This document shows, one piece after another, positions 12,858 to 22,953 of a stretch of 64,000 bases of DNA (the first letter of the stretch is position 1; every line of letters begins with the position of its first letter). The position numbers and the translations under genes are program-made. The notes beneath the pieces were generated by a model. It made no database searches and was not told the DNA's origin. It worked only from the letters and a program-made list of their open reading frames with translations. Source of the stretch: Patellaria atrata CBS 101060. Its lineage: Eukaryota. The stretch is from positions 1,847,561 through 1,911,560 of the forward strand of contig MU006089.1 in NCBI GenBank assembly GCA_010093705.1, given 5' to 3'.

Positions 12858-13717
12858 TCAATTTAAATGGCGGGCGAGCGGTTGTGGTGTCTGCACTCCA
12901 AGCACTGCCATGCTGGGCACAGATGCGGTTTCAATACGTTATCGTCTATACTCTGTATTGATGTTATGACAGAAGATTGGAATTGTACAGTATAGCACAG
13001 TATGGATGAGTAGTCGTCCTATAGATTAGTATAACAGAAGAACAGTATTCGAGAACGTTTCCCTTTGCTTAGAAGACGATAAGTGGGCTAGAAAGATTTA
13101 TCTGAAATAAGACTCTCAAACGCTTTACCTCTTTATACAAGCGAGAGTAGAATTAGAGAATTAGAGAACGCGATAACTTATGGGCTAGCTTGATCCCTTC
13201 ATCGCAAGCCTAACCGAACTGAGACAATCCGAAATCTCGATAGGGCAAAGTCACCAATGAGATTTCACCTTCTCTAACCGATCTTTAGCATCGCATTCGT
13301 CCCTTGTACCATCGTATCACCTTCTAACCGACATTTATAGATCCAACAGACCAATATCAAACACCATGACCCGCTCAAAGGTTTGTGCTGACCTCGTATT
13401 CATTTTCCTTTCTCCTACATCCCACATTTTGTCATTTTGCGTATTTTCTTCTCCCTGATATCAGTAGTACTTTCCTTTGATTCTCTTCATCATTATTCTT
13501 ATTCTTCAATATTGTCTCCTCGTCAAACCCTCCTCGTTCCGCTGTTCCACCCGCATCATAGATAGGATCTATCCCACGGTACCATATCCAAAACCCACAT
13601 TGACACGCTGTGAAAAGAACATTCAAACTATCCGACACGTGTCGAAGCAAACAAACATATAACCTACACAACCTACCAAATCGCTCAACGAAAGATCCCT
13701 TCCCAAACTCCACCACC

Positions 13718-14728
13718 ATGGCGGGCCACTTGCTCCCAAACATAGCAGACTGCTACTCGCGCAGCTACGAGCTCCGCAAAGCGTGCCGGGAAGCCTGCAC
13801 CCTCGACACGTGCCCCTTCGACCTCTCCTACTGGGGCTACCTCCCCTCCCTCTCCGCCAACGCCGCCTTCCTCGCCCTCTTCACCCTCTCCCTCCTCCTC
13901 TTCCTCTTCCAAGCCGCCCTCTCCCGCCGCTTCCTCGGCTTCACCTTCGCCATGGTATCCGGCTGCATCCTCGAAGTGATCGGCTACATCGGCCGAATAA
14001 TGAGCCACAACAACCCCTTCCAAGAAGCCGGCTTCCTAATGCAAATCGTGTGTCTCACCATCGCGCCCGCCTTCCTCGCCGCGGGCATCTACCTCTGCCT
14101 CTCGCGCATCGTGCTCACCTTCGGTGCCGAAAACTCCCGCATAAAACCCCTCTCCTATCCGCGCATCTTCATCCCCTGCGACATCCTGAGCCTCGTCCTC
14201 CAGGCCGCCGGCGGCGGCTACGCCAGCGCCCGCACCCACAACGACCAAGACCCCACGGCGGGGAACAATATCATGATCGCCGGTCTCGCCTTCCAGGTAG
14301 CCACGCTCTTCGTCTTCATCCTGCTCTCCTGCGACTTCGCCGTCCGGACTCACGGCCGCATCCGCTCGCTCGGCCGCGCGCAAGCCCTCGATCCCGCCCA
14401 CGCTAAACTCCGTGATAGCTGGGCCTTCAAAGGGTTTCTCGTTTCCCTCGCCCTTTCTACTTTGTGTATTTTTACGAGGAGCGTGTATCGTGTGGCCGAG
14501 CTGTCGGAGGGCTGGAATGGCCATTTGATCAATACGCAGAGGTATTTCATCGGCCTGGAGGGCGCGTGCGTCATTGCCGCCGTGTTGGTCCTGAATGCGT
14601 TTCATCCTGGCCTCTGTTTCAAGGAAGGGGATACCGCGGAACGAGGGTGTTTTGGGTTTGGGCGGAGGAGAAACAGGGGGGAGAAGGGTGGTGGGAGTGG
14701 TGCGGAGAGTCCGGTTGTTGCCTCGTAG
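13718..14728 (+). CDS. RTA1/RSB1-like lipid-translocating exporter (7-TM); 5' end uncertain
   Basis: Motifs are CTLDTCP...SYWGYLPSLSAN, LEVIGYIGRI, QIVCLTIAPAFLAAGIY, DILSLVLQAAGGG, AGLAFQV and RSVYRVAELSEGWNG. A short upstream exon near ATG 13366 is possible. Confidence 0.9.
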   Translation: MAGHLLPNIADCYSRSYELRKACREACTLDTCPFDLSYWGYLPSLSANAAFLALFTLSLLLFLFQAALSRRFLGFTFAMVSGCILEVIGYIGRIMSHNNPFQEAGFLMQIVCLTIAPAFLAAGIYLCLSRIVLTFGAENSRIKPLSYPRIFIPCDILSLVLQAAGGGYASARTHNDQDPTAGNNIMIAGLAFQVATLFVFILLSCDFAVRTHGRIRSLGRAQALDPAHAKLRDSWAFKGFLVSLALSTLCIFTRSVYRVAELSEGWNGHLINTQRYFIGLEGACVIAAVLVLNAFHPGLCFKEGDTAERGCFGFGRRRNRGEKGGGSGAESPVVAS

Positions 14729-15330
14729 AGAGTAGATTCGGTGACAAATGAAGTGGGTTGGCAAAGTCTGTGGTGGGTTTTTTGAAACGGTGTCCGGGAA
14801 ATCGACGCTTTTGTGCATATGGGATATGCTGGATGAGTTAGAGGCGCTTTTGGAATCGCTTTGTGCGGTCTCATCTTAGATATAGTAGAGATAACGCTCC
14901 TGTCTGTTGTAGACGTCTAGACGATATATTTCATCTCAATTTGATATCCCTAAATTTTTCCATCTCTTTCTCGTCATGAGATTCCTTGCCCTCTGTGCAT
15001 TCCACCAACCACTGCTCTGCGACCTTATTATACAGGAAAAGAGAGAATGTAGGGGGCATTCTTGGGCAATATAACCGTTGATAATAGTTTGCAGTACATT
15101 CCCTCTTGAACGTAACGCTTGGTTCTGACGTACAGGAAGGAAGAGAGCGTACAATACAAAGGCTCACAGTCGTACAATTAACTTAACCGTTTACGCTGTA
15201 CAAGTTCGTGGTCCACCCGGCTCTCTAATCCGTCAGTAATCGTTCAGCAAGCGTACAGAGGGGAAAGAGTACCAACGACGACTGAAATCAACCACATACC
15301 CTTCGCCAAACCAGCGTACCACTTCCAAAC

Positions 15331-17655
15331 TCATACGATCCGTACTTCTTGCCACCTCTCGACAGACTCTTTGGTCATGGCTTCTCCGAACATGAAACCA
15401 TGAACATACGCTTCTCCGACAATTTGCCAGGCATCCCCTTTTGGCCTCAGAATATGAAAGACCCTACTGCCGTCGAGGAGCCAAATCTGGTCGCCCTCCC
15501 CCAACGCGATGGAACCGATCCCGACATATCCTTTTGCCGTTACGAAAGCCCGTTTGCCAATCCAAACTTCGCGGCTGATGGATATCCAGAACCCCTTGAA
15601 ACCGGAGAACCGTCCGTCAAATCGTGACGGGAGTCCGGCAAGAGTTTCCTCCTCCAAGTCCTCCCACTCTTCGTCCGGGTTCTGTGCCGGCATGTACCTT
15701 CTCCTAGATGCTCTCCAGGAGCTTTCGAGCGCACGTTCCTCACTGGGAATCGCCTCTAGCAGAAACTCCAATGGTTCTGACCACCCCTTGGAGGGTTCAG
15801 TGTCTACGTACTTATCACGCTGTAATAGAATCTCAGTAGCCGTTATAAGATGCCGAAGATGTTCCGTATCGGCGCCTTTTTTGGTCATGACTTTGAGTAG
15901 AATTTCGTACGTCCACCTTAGAAACCTGACCAGGTATTGTACCTGGGGAGGGAACTTCCTCCAGCCACCGTCGGCAACTAAAGCTCCAGTTAGAGCCTCC
16001 AGTGGTGTGCTCCCGTCGACATACGGATATGCTATATTGGGGTACAGATTCAGTAATGACGTTATCTCCTCAGAATCAGTCGCGTAAGGTGTGAAAAGTT
16101 CAAGCGGGGCGGAAATATGACGGACTGTGTCTATTCTCAATCCGAGGACTGACAACACACTTCCGATTACTCGAGGGCGCCAAAAAGGACGTCCGACGTA
16201 GGAGGCGTCGAATCGTTCGCTGAAGCTGCTAAATACCAACAGGCTCTCCAAGAGGGGGCGAGAGAAATCCGGCACCCAAGACGGCAAGGTCTTATAGGTT
16301 TTCTCCGCTGTATTTCCAAGGAATGATAGCATGGACAAGGTGGGAAGATTTTCGACAAGCTGAGTGGCAACGGAGAGATACAATTCTTCAACAGGCATAC
16401 GATAATCTACCCTGATCTCTGCTCCTCCCGGCTTCTCGAAAAATTTGGAAGTGACTCCTAACGCCGCGTAGATCTTGTCATGTGGGAGAGAAAGATGTCT
16501 CCAGCGAAGCGTCCCCAGCAATTGCTCTAAACAAAGCCACCACGAATGATCCCCTGCTCCCAATGCGAGCCCGTGGATTTGTCTAGAATAGCTGTTATCA
16601 TGTTCTCTTAGGCCTCGAAGTGATTCCAGGTCTCTAATCGCATATCCCGATGATTTCTCGGGCGAAAATGGATATACCCATGGACCCATTGTGCTCTTGT
16701 CCCATGCTGTCCAATGAAGAAGGAAGGCAACGTCGACGAAGAGTGACCAATTTAGAGTATACGGACCATACATGACAGTTATTTCTTTTCCCAAAGCTAT
16801 CTCCTGAGCAATCCAGCCCCGATAGAAGTAGCTACAGGTTAGATAGATGTTGCTGTATATATCCCACACGTATCTCCAGTTCTCAAAGCTGGGAAATTGC
16901 CCAACTCTACGCAAATTATAATCCAGCTCTTTGGATGCCTGCGGGGGCCAGTCCTCACGCCGTTGCATTTCAGCCTTCATCGCCGGAACTGAGATAGTGT
17001 GAACCCAGATAAAGTCTTTGACTTCTGCGTTGTCTGAGTCACATTCTCCCAACCACGCGATCACCCGTGTGGCTGAAGCATATATATTCCCCATAAGAGC
17101 TACTTGCTGAGCTCTTTCGTCCAGGTCCTCTTGATTTATGCAGATTGCGTCAACCCATAGCTTGGGATACGTTTGGGTTTGATTTTCCCCTCTTGTCTTG
17201 AATAATCGGCCCAGCGCATTATAGAGATTGAGGCGTATCCATATGAGCTTTCCATCGCAGAGAATGGTAGACCGCTGTGCGTCTCTTTCCCTATCTCGTT
17301 CGGTAGGCGGACGATTTTTGTAACCTGAAGTGTACCAATGGCAGCCCCAAGTATAGGACAACGCTTCGTAAGACAGCAGCTCCGTATCAAGATCCACGAT
17401 CTGTAGAGAGCACTCGAATCCGGGTGGAGACGAGCTCTCTTTTAGTTCAAGAAGACGAATATGGTTACTAGACGGGAGAGGTTGGTAGACATACCAATCA
17501 CCCTGAATACCCGCACCAGGCGGGGGTGAAGGTAAGGGAGAGGGAGTTGGAGGGGGAGGATGATACGGCTGGTCATGTGGATGGTCGGGTGGAATTATTG
17601 GGTGTGGGCTGGGGTTGAGGTCTGGTGAGGGTTGATATCTAAAAGATAATGCCAT
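15331..17655 (-). CDS. Heterokaryon incompatibility (HET domain, HET-6-like) protein, intact, 774 aa
   Basis: Single ORF with YEALSYTWG, LWVDAICINQEDLDERAQQVALMGNIYASA, YFYRGWIAQEI, DKIYAALG, LPSWVPDF and the C-terminal GEAYVHGFMFGEA block. Confidence 0.92.
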   Translation of the reverse strand: MALSFRYQPSPDLNPSPHPIIPPDHPHDQPYHPPPPTPSPLPSPPPGAGIQGDWYVYQPLPSSNHIRLLELKESSSPPGFECSLQIVDLDTELLSYEALSYTWGCHWYTSGYKNRPPTERDRERDAQRSTILCDGKLIWIRLNLYNALGRLFKTRGENQTQTYPKLWVDAICINQEDLDERAQQVALMGNIYASATRVIAWLGECDSDNAEVKDFIWVHTISVPAMKAEMQRREDWPPQASKELDYNLRRVGQFPSFENWRYVWDIYSNIYLTCSYFYRGWIAQEIALGKEITVMYGPYTLNWSLFVDVAFLLHWTAWDKSTMGPWVYPFSPEKSSGYAIRDLESLRGLREHDNSYSRQIHGLALGAGDHSWWLCLEQLLGTLRWRHLSLPHDKIYAALGVTSKFFEKPGGAEIRVDYRMPVEELYLSVATQLVENLPTLSMLSFLGNTAEKTYKTLPSWVPDFSRPLLESLLVFSSFSERFDASYVGRPFWRPRVIGSVLSVLGLRIDTVRHISAPLELFTPYATDSEEITSLLNLYPNIAYPYVDGSTPLEALTGALVADGGWRKFPPQVQYLVRFLRWTYEILLKVMTKKGADTEHLRHLITATEILLQRDKYVDTEPSKGWSEPLEFLLEAIPSEERALESSWRASRRRYMPAQNPDEEWEDLEEETLAGLPSRFDGRFSGFKGFWISISREVWIGKRAFVTAKGYVGIGSIALGEGDQIWLLDGSRVFHILRPKGDAWQIVGEAYVHGFMFGEAMTKESVERWQEVRIV

Positions 17656-18881
17656 CCCGAAGCAACCTTACTTCGTTTTGATGGGGTGGATTCCTCTTTT
17701 CCAAAGCTTTGATTAGAAGTATCACTGGGCTCCACTATACAGGAATGGACTGAGCTGTACGAAGGACCTCGCTCATACAGTCTATGAAATCTCTAGGACG
17801 GGTGTTGTCGATCTTCCGAGGCCAGCATATGTTATGGAGAATTGAATGCAAGAAAAGGGCTAAAGGTTCATACATTTATTAATGGGACACGAACGAGAAC
17901 ATACTGGAAAACAAAATTCCAAGGTTAACGTGCTTGGGGAACAATATTGGTTACCGATATACTGGAGATCGTATACCGATAGTACACTGAATGCATTCCT
18001 TGGGGGCGAGTAAGATAGTTATGGGACGCCAACAAGGCTATCGACCTATGTGAGGTTGCCGTGCCGTCGTGAAAGTAGCAGACACCTGCAGAAGGGGCTT
18101 GATCTCCGCGCCTACTCAGCTGCGAGGCTGACCACGAACACAAGGCCTCGGCCTCTGAGATCTCTTCTTTGAAGTCAAGCTTTGTGTTTGCCCCATCGTC
18201 GTCTGAATTGATTTCTTTAAGTGGCGCGGAGAACAACCCTCACTCCAAATCAAGCTTATGAACTTTGCACATCAAGCATCGAGTCATTGCACAGCTGGAA
18301 CAGGACTCACGTTTGGTGACCCCAACCCGTATCGGCTGCTTCCCGTCTGATCCAAGGAGACCATGGAGCCTCGTTAAGCGCTGGGGTTCGGCGGCTAATT
18401 GTTTTAGATGACGCACTGTGCAACCGTTTGTGTGCAAACTTTGCGTGTGGTAAAGGTCAAGATTACAGTGCAAATGTTGGGGTTGACCGGATGCTTAGGA
18501 CATACCTATATGTACTATGTAATACACCAAACAAGTACGGCCCTTTTCCCGTTAACTCCCCAGTGGTGGATTATATTGCTAAGCCTTTGTACCTTTGCGG
18601 AATAACTACTGACCGGATCTTAAGCCCAGGAAATCGATAGGTTCCCGAATCGATATTTCTGGGTTACTCCTGGGCTTACTATCCCTTCGTCTGGCCCGAA
18701 CTTTTTCTACAGCAGAGTCAAGACTCTTCTTATATGAGCGTGAGATAAGCGGGAACGGCGTGGACGGAAACTCTACAACGTTCTATACAGGTGCGAGCAA
18801 GATCCAAGATCAACTGTTCTTTCAACGCTGTATAGATTTTCCCGTTCACCGTTTGTGTCATCTTGAGGGGTACTAAAACTG

Positions 18882-21098
18882 TTATCCTCTGCCAAAGGCT
18901 AATTTCTGTTGTCCTTTCTCTACTCGGCTCGAACGTTCAGAAGAAGTCGAGCCAGCATTGTTGGAAGGTCTTCCTCTTCCACCTCCTTTTGCTTTAGCTA
19001 TTTTGGGTCTTTCCAAGCTTGAGTGACTCCGGCCTGCTTGTTCCCCTTGAATCCTCTCATTATCACGGAGTTCTTTCGCCAAAGCTTTGGCAAAGTGCCA
19101 GTCTTCATGCTCTTCCTTTTGATGGATTGGGATAAGTGTTTCATTCGAACAACGGGAGCAAAGAAACGATTCAATAGTGAATTGATGCTGCGGTGGTATG
19201 ACAGTTTTCGTAGAGACAGTAAGGGGAACAGTCGATGCTTTATTTCGCTTCCTTAAATTGAGGGTAGAACTAGATTTATGGTTCGGATGCTCAGATGAGA
19301 ACGGATGATGTACCGAACCACAAGGGTCATGTTGAGCAGACGGAGGTATATTGTCGGAAACCGCTTCTTTACTGTTAACTGGCGAACGAATAGGAGGGGA
19401 TAATTTCTTCATAGTCACTTGTTCGTGACCTTGGTCCGTAGTCGAATATTCGGAATCAGTATGGCCTTCTATTCCTGAACCAGGAGATGCATCAGTTGCA
19501 GAGAAGAATCTATCAATTTTGAGCTTTTCGTCCTCACTAGATCTATGGGAGACCAGTTTTCGTTTCTTGTAAGGATGCTCGTATTCTTGTCGATCCGAGA
19601 TATGAGATGCTTCGCGTTCGCTATCTAACATTGCTTTTGCTTCGTCTCCGCGAACTAAGAATCCCCCGATGCTTTGATTACCCGTCACGCCCTCCTCCCA
19701 ACCACCGACACTCAGACTCAGATTAGAGCAAGGCCATGCTCGGCCGTCAGCAACTATTTGAGCCAGGAGCAGTTTGGAAGAATTGAGTAGCATTTCTTCG
19801 GAAAGAGTTTTGCTCATCGGCAAAGGCGATTGCTTGGATCGTGTCTGTTGTCCAGTTCGGTAATGCAAATTAATAGTTTTGGGACGTCTCCTATTCTCTA
19901 ATACGCCCTCTTCTACGCACCTACTAAATATATCTGCTGCAAAAATCCGTAGCCAGCGAACCGCGGTTGGAAAGTCGTTTATAGAAGGTCTGAAACTCTT
20001 TGCTGAAAGCATAGATTTGATTGCAACGCGTGGATTAACCTCGCTTTTGTCCTCTCCTCGGATAGTGTTATAAAGCCATGTCCCAGTCTCTTCCCCCAAA
20101 TTCTTAATGAATTGTTCTAGTGAAACACCAAGGAGATCAGACACAGTATCTGTGCTAAACATAGCAACAACTTCGTCTCCAAGTTTACCACCCAGATTTC
20201 GAATCTTGGTGAATTTGAAACTTGAAAGAAAGTGTGATACGGCACGATTGCGTATGACAGTCTGTGCATTAGGCTTTTGATGTCCGGAGCCCAGTTTAGC
20301 AAGCATTTTGTTGCGTGCAATGCCGCTACTACATGTGTAGTGGAGAAAATCATATATGTTCTTCCGGACATTTCTTACTATCTCAGAACCTATCAATATC
20401 GCAATATCATCCCAGTCGGGATCATCATCTTCAGATGCCGTTATATCAAGATCGATCAATGCATCTGTCTGCCAATCTAGTGCTGTGGTAGTGGGCCGAG
20501 GAAGATTTTCGGTGGCATCGTCATAAGGGGGTGGGCCCCGAAGCTCCGGATAGCGTTCTAGCAGTAGGTCGTAAACATGTTTCGATAAATCCAAGAATAC
20601 CTCATCAATACTAGCCTTTTCTACCCGTTGTGTGTCAGGTAGGCTATCTTTAATTGTCTTCAAGATCTTTCGAGATTCCATTCGATAAGGATCCAAAGAG
20701 ACCTTGTGTGTACCCATGTGTTTCCATGCGTCCTCATGGTACGCCCATTTCTCATCGCCCTCTTTCCACGTTGCCACGTGCTGCATTATCAGTTCTGGAC
20801 ATATCTTTCTGGCTTCCGTGGCGGTGACGTGCCTCGTTAGGCCGTATTTCCTGGCGGGGTAATTAATAGCTATAAGACCTTGCCATTGCTGAACAGCTAG
20901 AGGTTGATCGGGTTGTACATCCAGTCGCACCATCTCACATTGTGCGTAGAACGCATCGAGGTCGATATGAGCAACAACGCGTAGCGGAGAGGCAGTTGAA
21001 TATTGTGATAGGAGGGACAGATGTTTATAGGTGAATCGTGACTTCTGACCACGCGTCAGGGAGCAATGGGAGGACTCGAGGAACGGTGGTGAAGACAT
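18882..21098 (-). CDS. RAD30: DNA polymerase eta (Y-family translesion polymerase)
   Basis: Catalytic HIDLDAFYAQCE, IAINYPAR and KASIDEVFLD motifs; NKMLAKLGS; KSMLSAKSF little finger; C-terminal UBZ zinc finger CSRC...EHEDWHFA. Single exon. Confidence 0.95.
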   Translation of the reverse strand: MSSPPFLESSHCSLTRGQKSRFTYKHLSLLSQYSTASPLRVVAHIDLDAFYAQCEMVRLDVQPDQPLAVQQWQGLIAINYPARKYGLTRHVTATEARKICPELIMQHVATWKEGDEKWAYHEDAWKHMGTHKVSLDPYRMESRKILKTIKDSLPDTQRVEKASIDEVFLDLSKHVYDLLLERYPELRGPPPYDDATENLPRPTTTALDWQTDALIDLDITASEDDDPDWDDIAILIGSEIVRNVRKNIYDFLHYTCSSGIARNKMLAKLGSGHQKPNAQTVIRNRAVSHFLSSFKFTKIRNLGGKLGDEVVAMFSTDTVSDLLGVSLEQFIKNLGEETGTWLYNTIRGEDKSEVNPRVAIKSMLSAKSFRPSINDFPTAVRWLRIFAADIFSRCVEEGVLENRRRPKTINLHYRTGQQTRSKQSPLPMSKTLSEEMLLNSSKLLLAQIVADGRAWPCSNLSLSVGGWEEGVTGNQSIGGFLVRGDEAKAMLDSEREASHISDRQEYEHPYKKRKLVSHRSSEDEKLKIDRFFSATDASPGSGIEGHTDSEYSTTDQGHEQVTMKKLSPPIRSPVNSKEAVSDNIPPSAQHDPCGSVHHPFSSEHPNHKSSSTLNLRKRNKASTVPLTVSTKTVIPPQHQFTIESFLCSRCSNETLIPIHQKEEHEDWHFAKALAKELRDNERIQGEQAGRSHSSLERPKIAKAKGGGRGRPSNNAGSTSSERSSRVEKGQQKLAFGRG

Positions 21099-21834
21099 TG
21101 TTGATGATATCGCAAGATATAAACATCATACATGGTTATGCCATGGATATATCATTGCTTTATGTAGGTGTACTGTACTTTGTACAGTATAAGTGGTGTT
21201 GTTAAACGACTGGGGCGCGTCAAGTTTTCGCCAAATCACGTGTGTGCTTCTCACACGACGACATCACCTTAGTGACAGTAGTGACATCAAGGAAAGAGGT
21301 GATTCACTCTAGCTCTTCCTGCGAAGGTAGATGCATTACTAATAAAACTAGGACTTACTCTGCACCCGTAAATATAAGTATTTGCTGTGCGTAACAGCAT
21401 ACTATGAAAATGGTGTTTTAGGATATCAGTTCAACCGCTCTGTAAGGTAGTTCTACTTCCGTGCAGAAGTACAGACTTGAGCGCGTCCTAGTCCCTACCT
21501 CGGTCATACCTTTCAACATGTTCATGGAGGACCTGATATCGAACCTGCTATACGCCAAGGACCCCTAGATGCGTTTTGAGGGGTAGGGTACAGTAACATT
21601 AAATGTGCCTTATGTGCCGAGGTACTTAGTCCCCAGTTATGCACCAAAAGCGAATAATTATGCAGTTCAAAGGGCGTGGTTGGTATTGAACAGCGCTTAT
21701 AACCCTCTCCACGCTGCATTCCAAAGTCGGAGAGTTGCTATAATTTGTACGGAGTACAGGTAACAGTGGTGAAATACAGAGGTAATTATCTTCACGTCGG
21801 AAACCATAGAGTACTGTGCCATACGTACTGTACC

Positions 21835-22953
21835 ATGTCTGTTCCGAACAATATCATCTTGTTCCACTACCCGTATTCTCCCTTCGCGAGGAGAGTAACA
21901 TGGTATCTTACTCTACGTGGAATAGAATATGCCCAATGCGTACGACCCATACTTTACTACAATGAAAAACATGCAGGAAAACTGACCATATGGCCAGATC
22001 CAACCACCCATCCTGCCCAGGAAGGACCTCAGCGACCTCGGGATCTCATACCGTCGAATACCTTTGATGTCAATCGGTAGGGACGTGTATTTAGATAGTC
22101 GATTAATCCTCCGCAAGCTCGAGGCGAAATTTCCAGACGGCGCTCTTGGTGCAAAAAGTGGCGAGCAACAAGGCATTCAAAGATTGCTGGAACGCTACAC
22201 AATCGATAGTGGGCTTTTCGATCGTGCAGCTTCTCTTTTACCCTCAAGCTTGCCATTGATGCAAGATCCTAAATTCAAGAAGGACCGAGAGGAATTCAGT
22301 GGGCGCTCGTGGAGCGAAGAAGATTTAGAGAAAAGAAAACCAGAGTCCCTTGTGTACGTCAGGGATGCTTTCAACCTTTTGGAAACGACTTTACTAGCTG
22401 ATGGGAGAGACTGGATACTCAGGTCGGAAAAAGTTACTTTAGCAGATATTGAAGGTGAGTGTTTAGAGCGATCGACGCTTGGGAGAAGATTTTGAACTGA
22501 CTGTTTCCAGCCATTTGGGTATTTCACTGGCTTGTTGAATTGAATGCTTTGCCTCAGAATGTGGTCTCGGCAGAGACATATCCAAAAGTGTATGCCTGGA
22601 TAGCCCGATTTCGAGCTGCACTGAAGTCTGCAAAATCTTCCGCACCAAAGCCTGTCTCTATCCAGGGACCAGACGCTATTAAGCATATCATCAATGCTGA
22701 GTTTGCAGAACCTAGCGGGGGGGTGGATAAAAGTGATCCATTAGCACTGAATGAAGGAGATGATGTAGAACTCTGGCCGATCGACTCTGGATTCTCGCAT
22801 CATGACAGAGGGAAACTGGTGGTTCTTACACCAGAAGAGGTAACGGTGGCTTCTCGAAACAACAGCCATGGTAAGGAGATTCGCATACACGCTGGAAGAT
22901 GGGGCTTTCGAGTCGCGAGGGCAACCGGTGGTACGGAGTCCAGCAGACTGTAA
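21835..22953 (+). CDS. Fungal GST-N-domain protein with C-terminal PTS1 (SRL); 3 exons
   Basis: Motifs are LFHYPYSPFARRVTWYL, YRRIPLMSIGRDVYLDSRLI and LADIE|AIW. Introns are 21940-21997 and 22455-22510. The protein ends ...TESSRL*. Confidence 0.88.

Noticed and set aside
13685..14818. Long antisense and alternate-frame ORFs over the RTA1 gene (similar ones over BTB, HET and Whi3 genes)
   Set aside because: Expected shadows of GC-rich, biased codon usage.
17925..18473. Two in-frame minus ORFs separated by one TGA (possible readthrough or relic gene)
   Set aside because: No readthrough context (TGA GGG) and no recognisable motifs.
18882..21098. Eso1-type fusion of polymerase eta with Eco1 acetyltransferase
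   Set aside because: The ORF ends shortly after the UBZ finger (QQKLAFGRG*), and no acetyltransferase domain follows.
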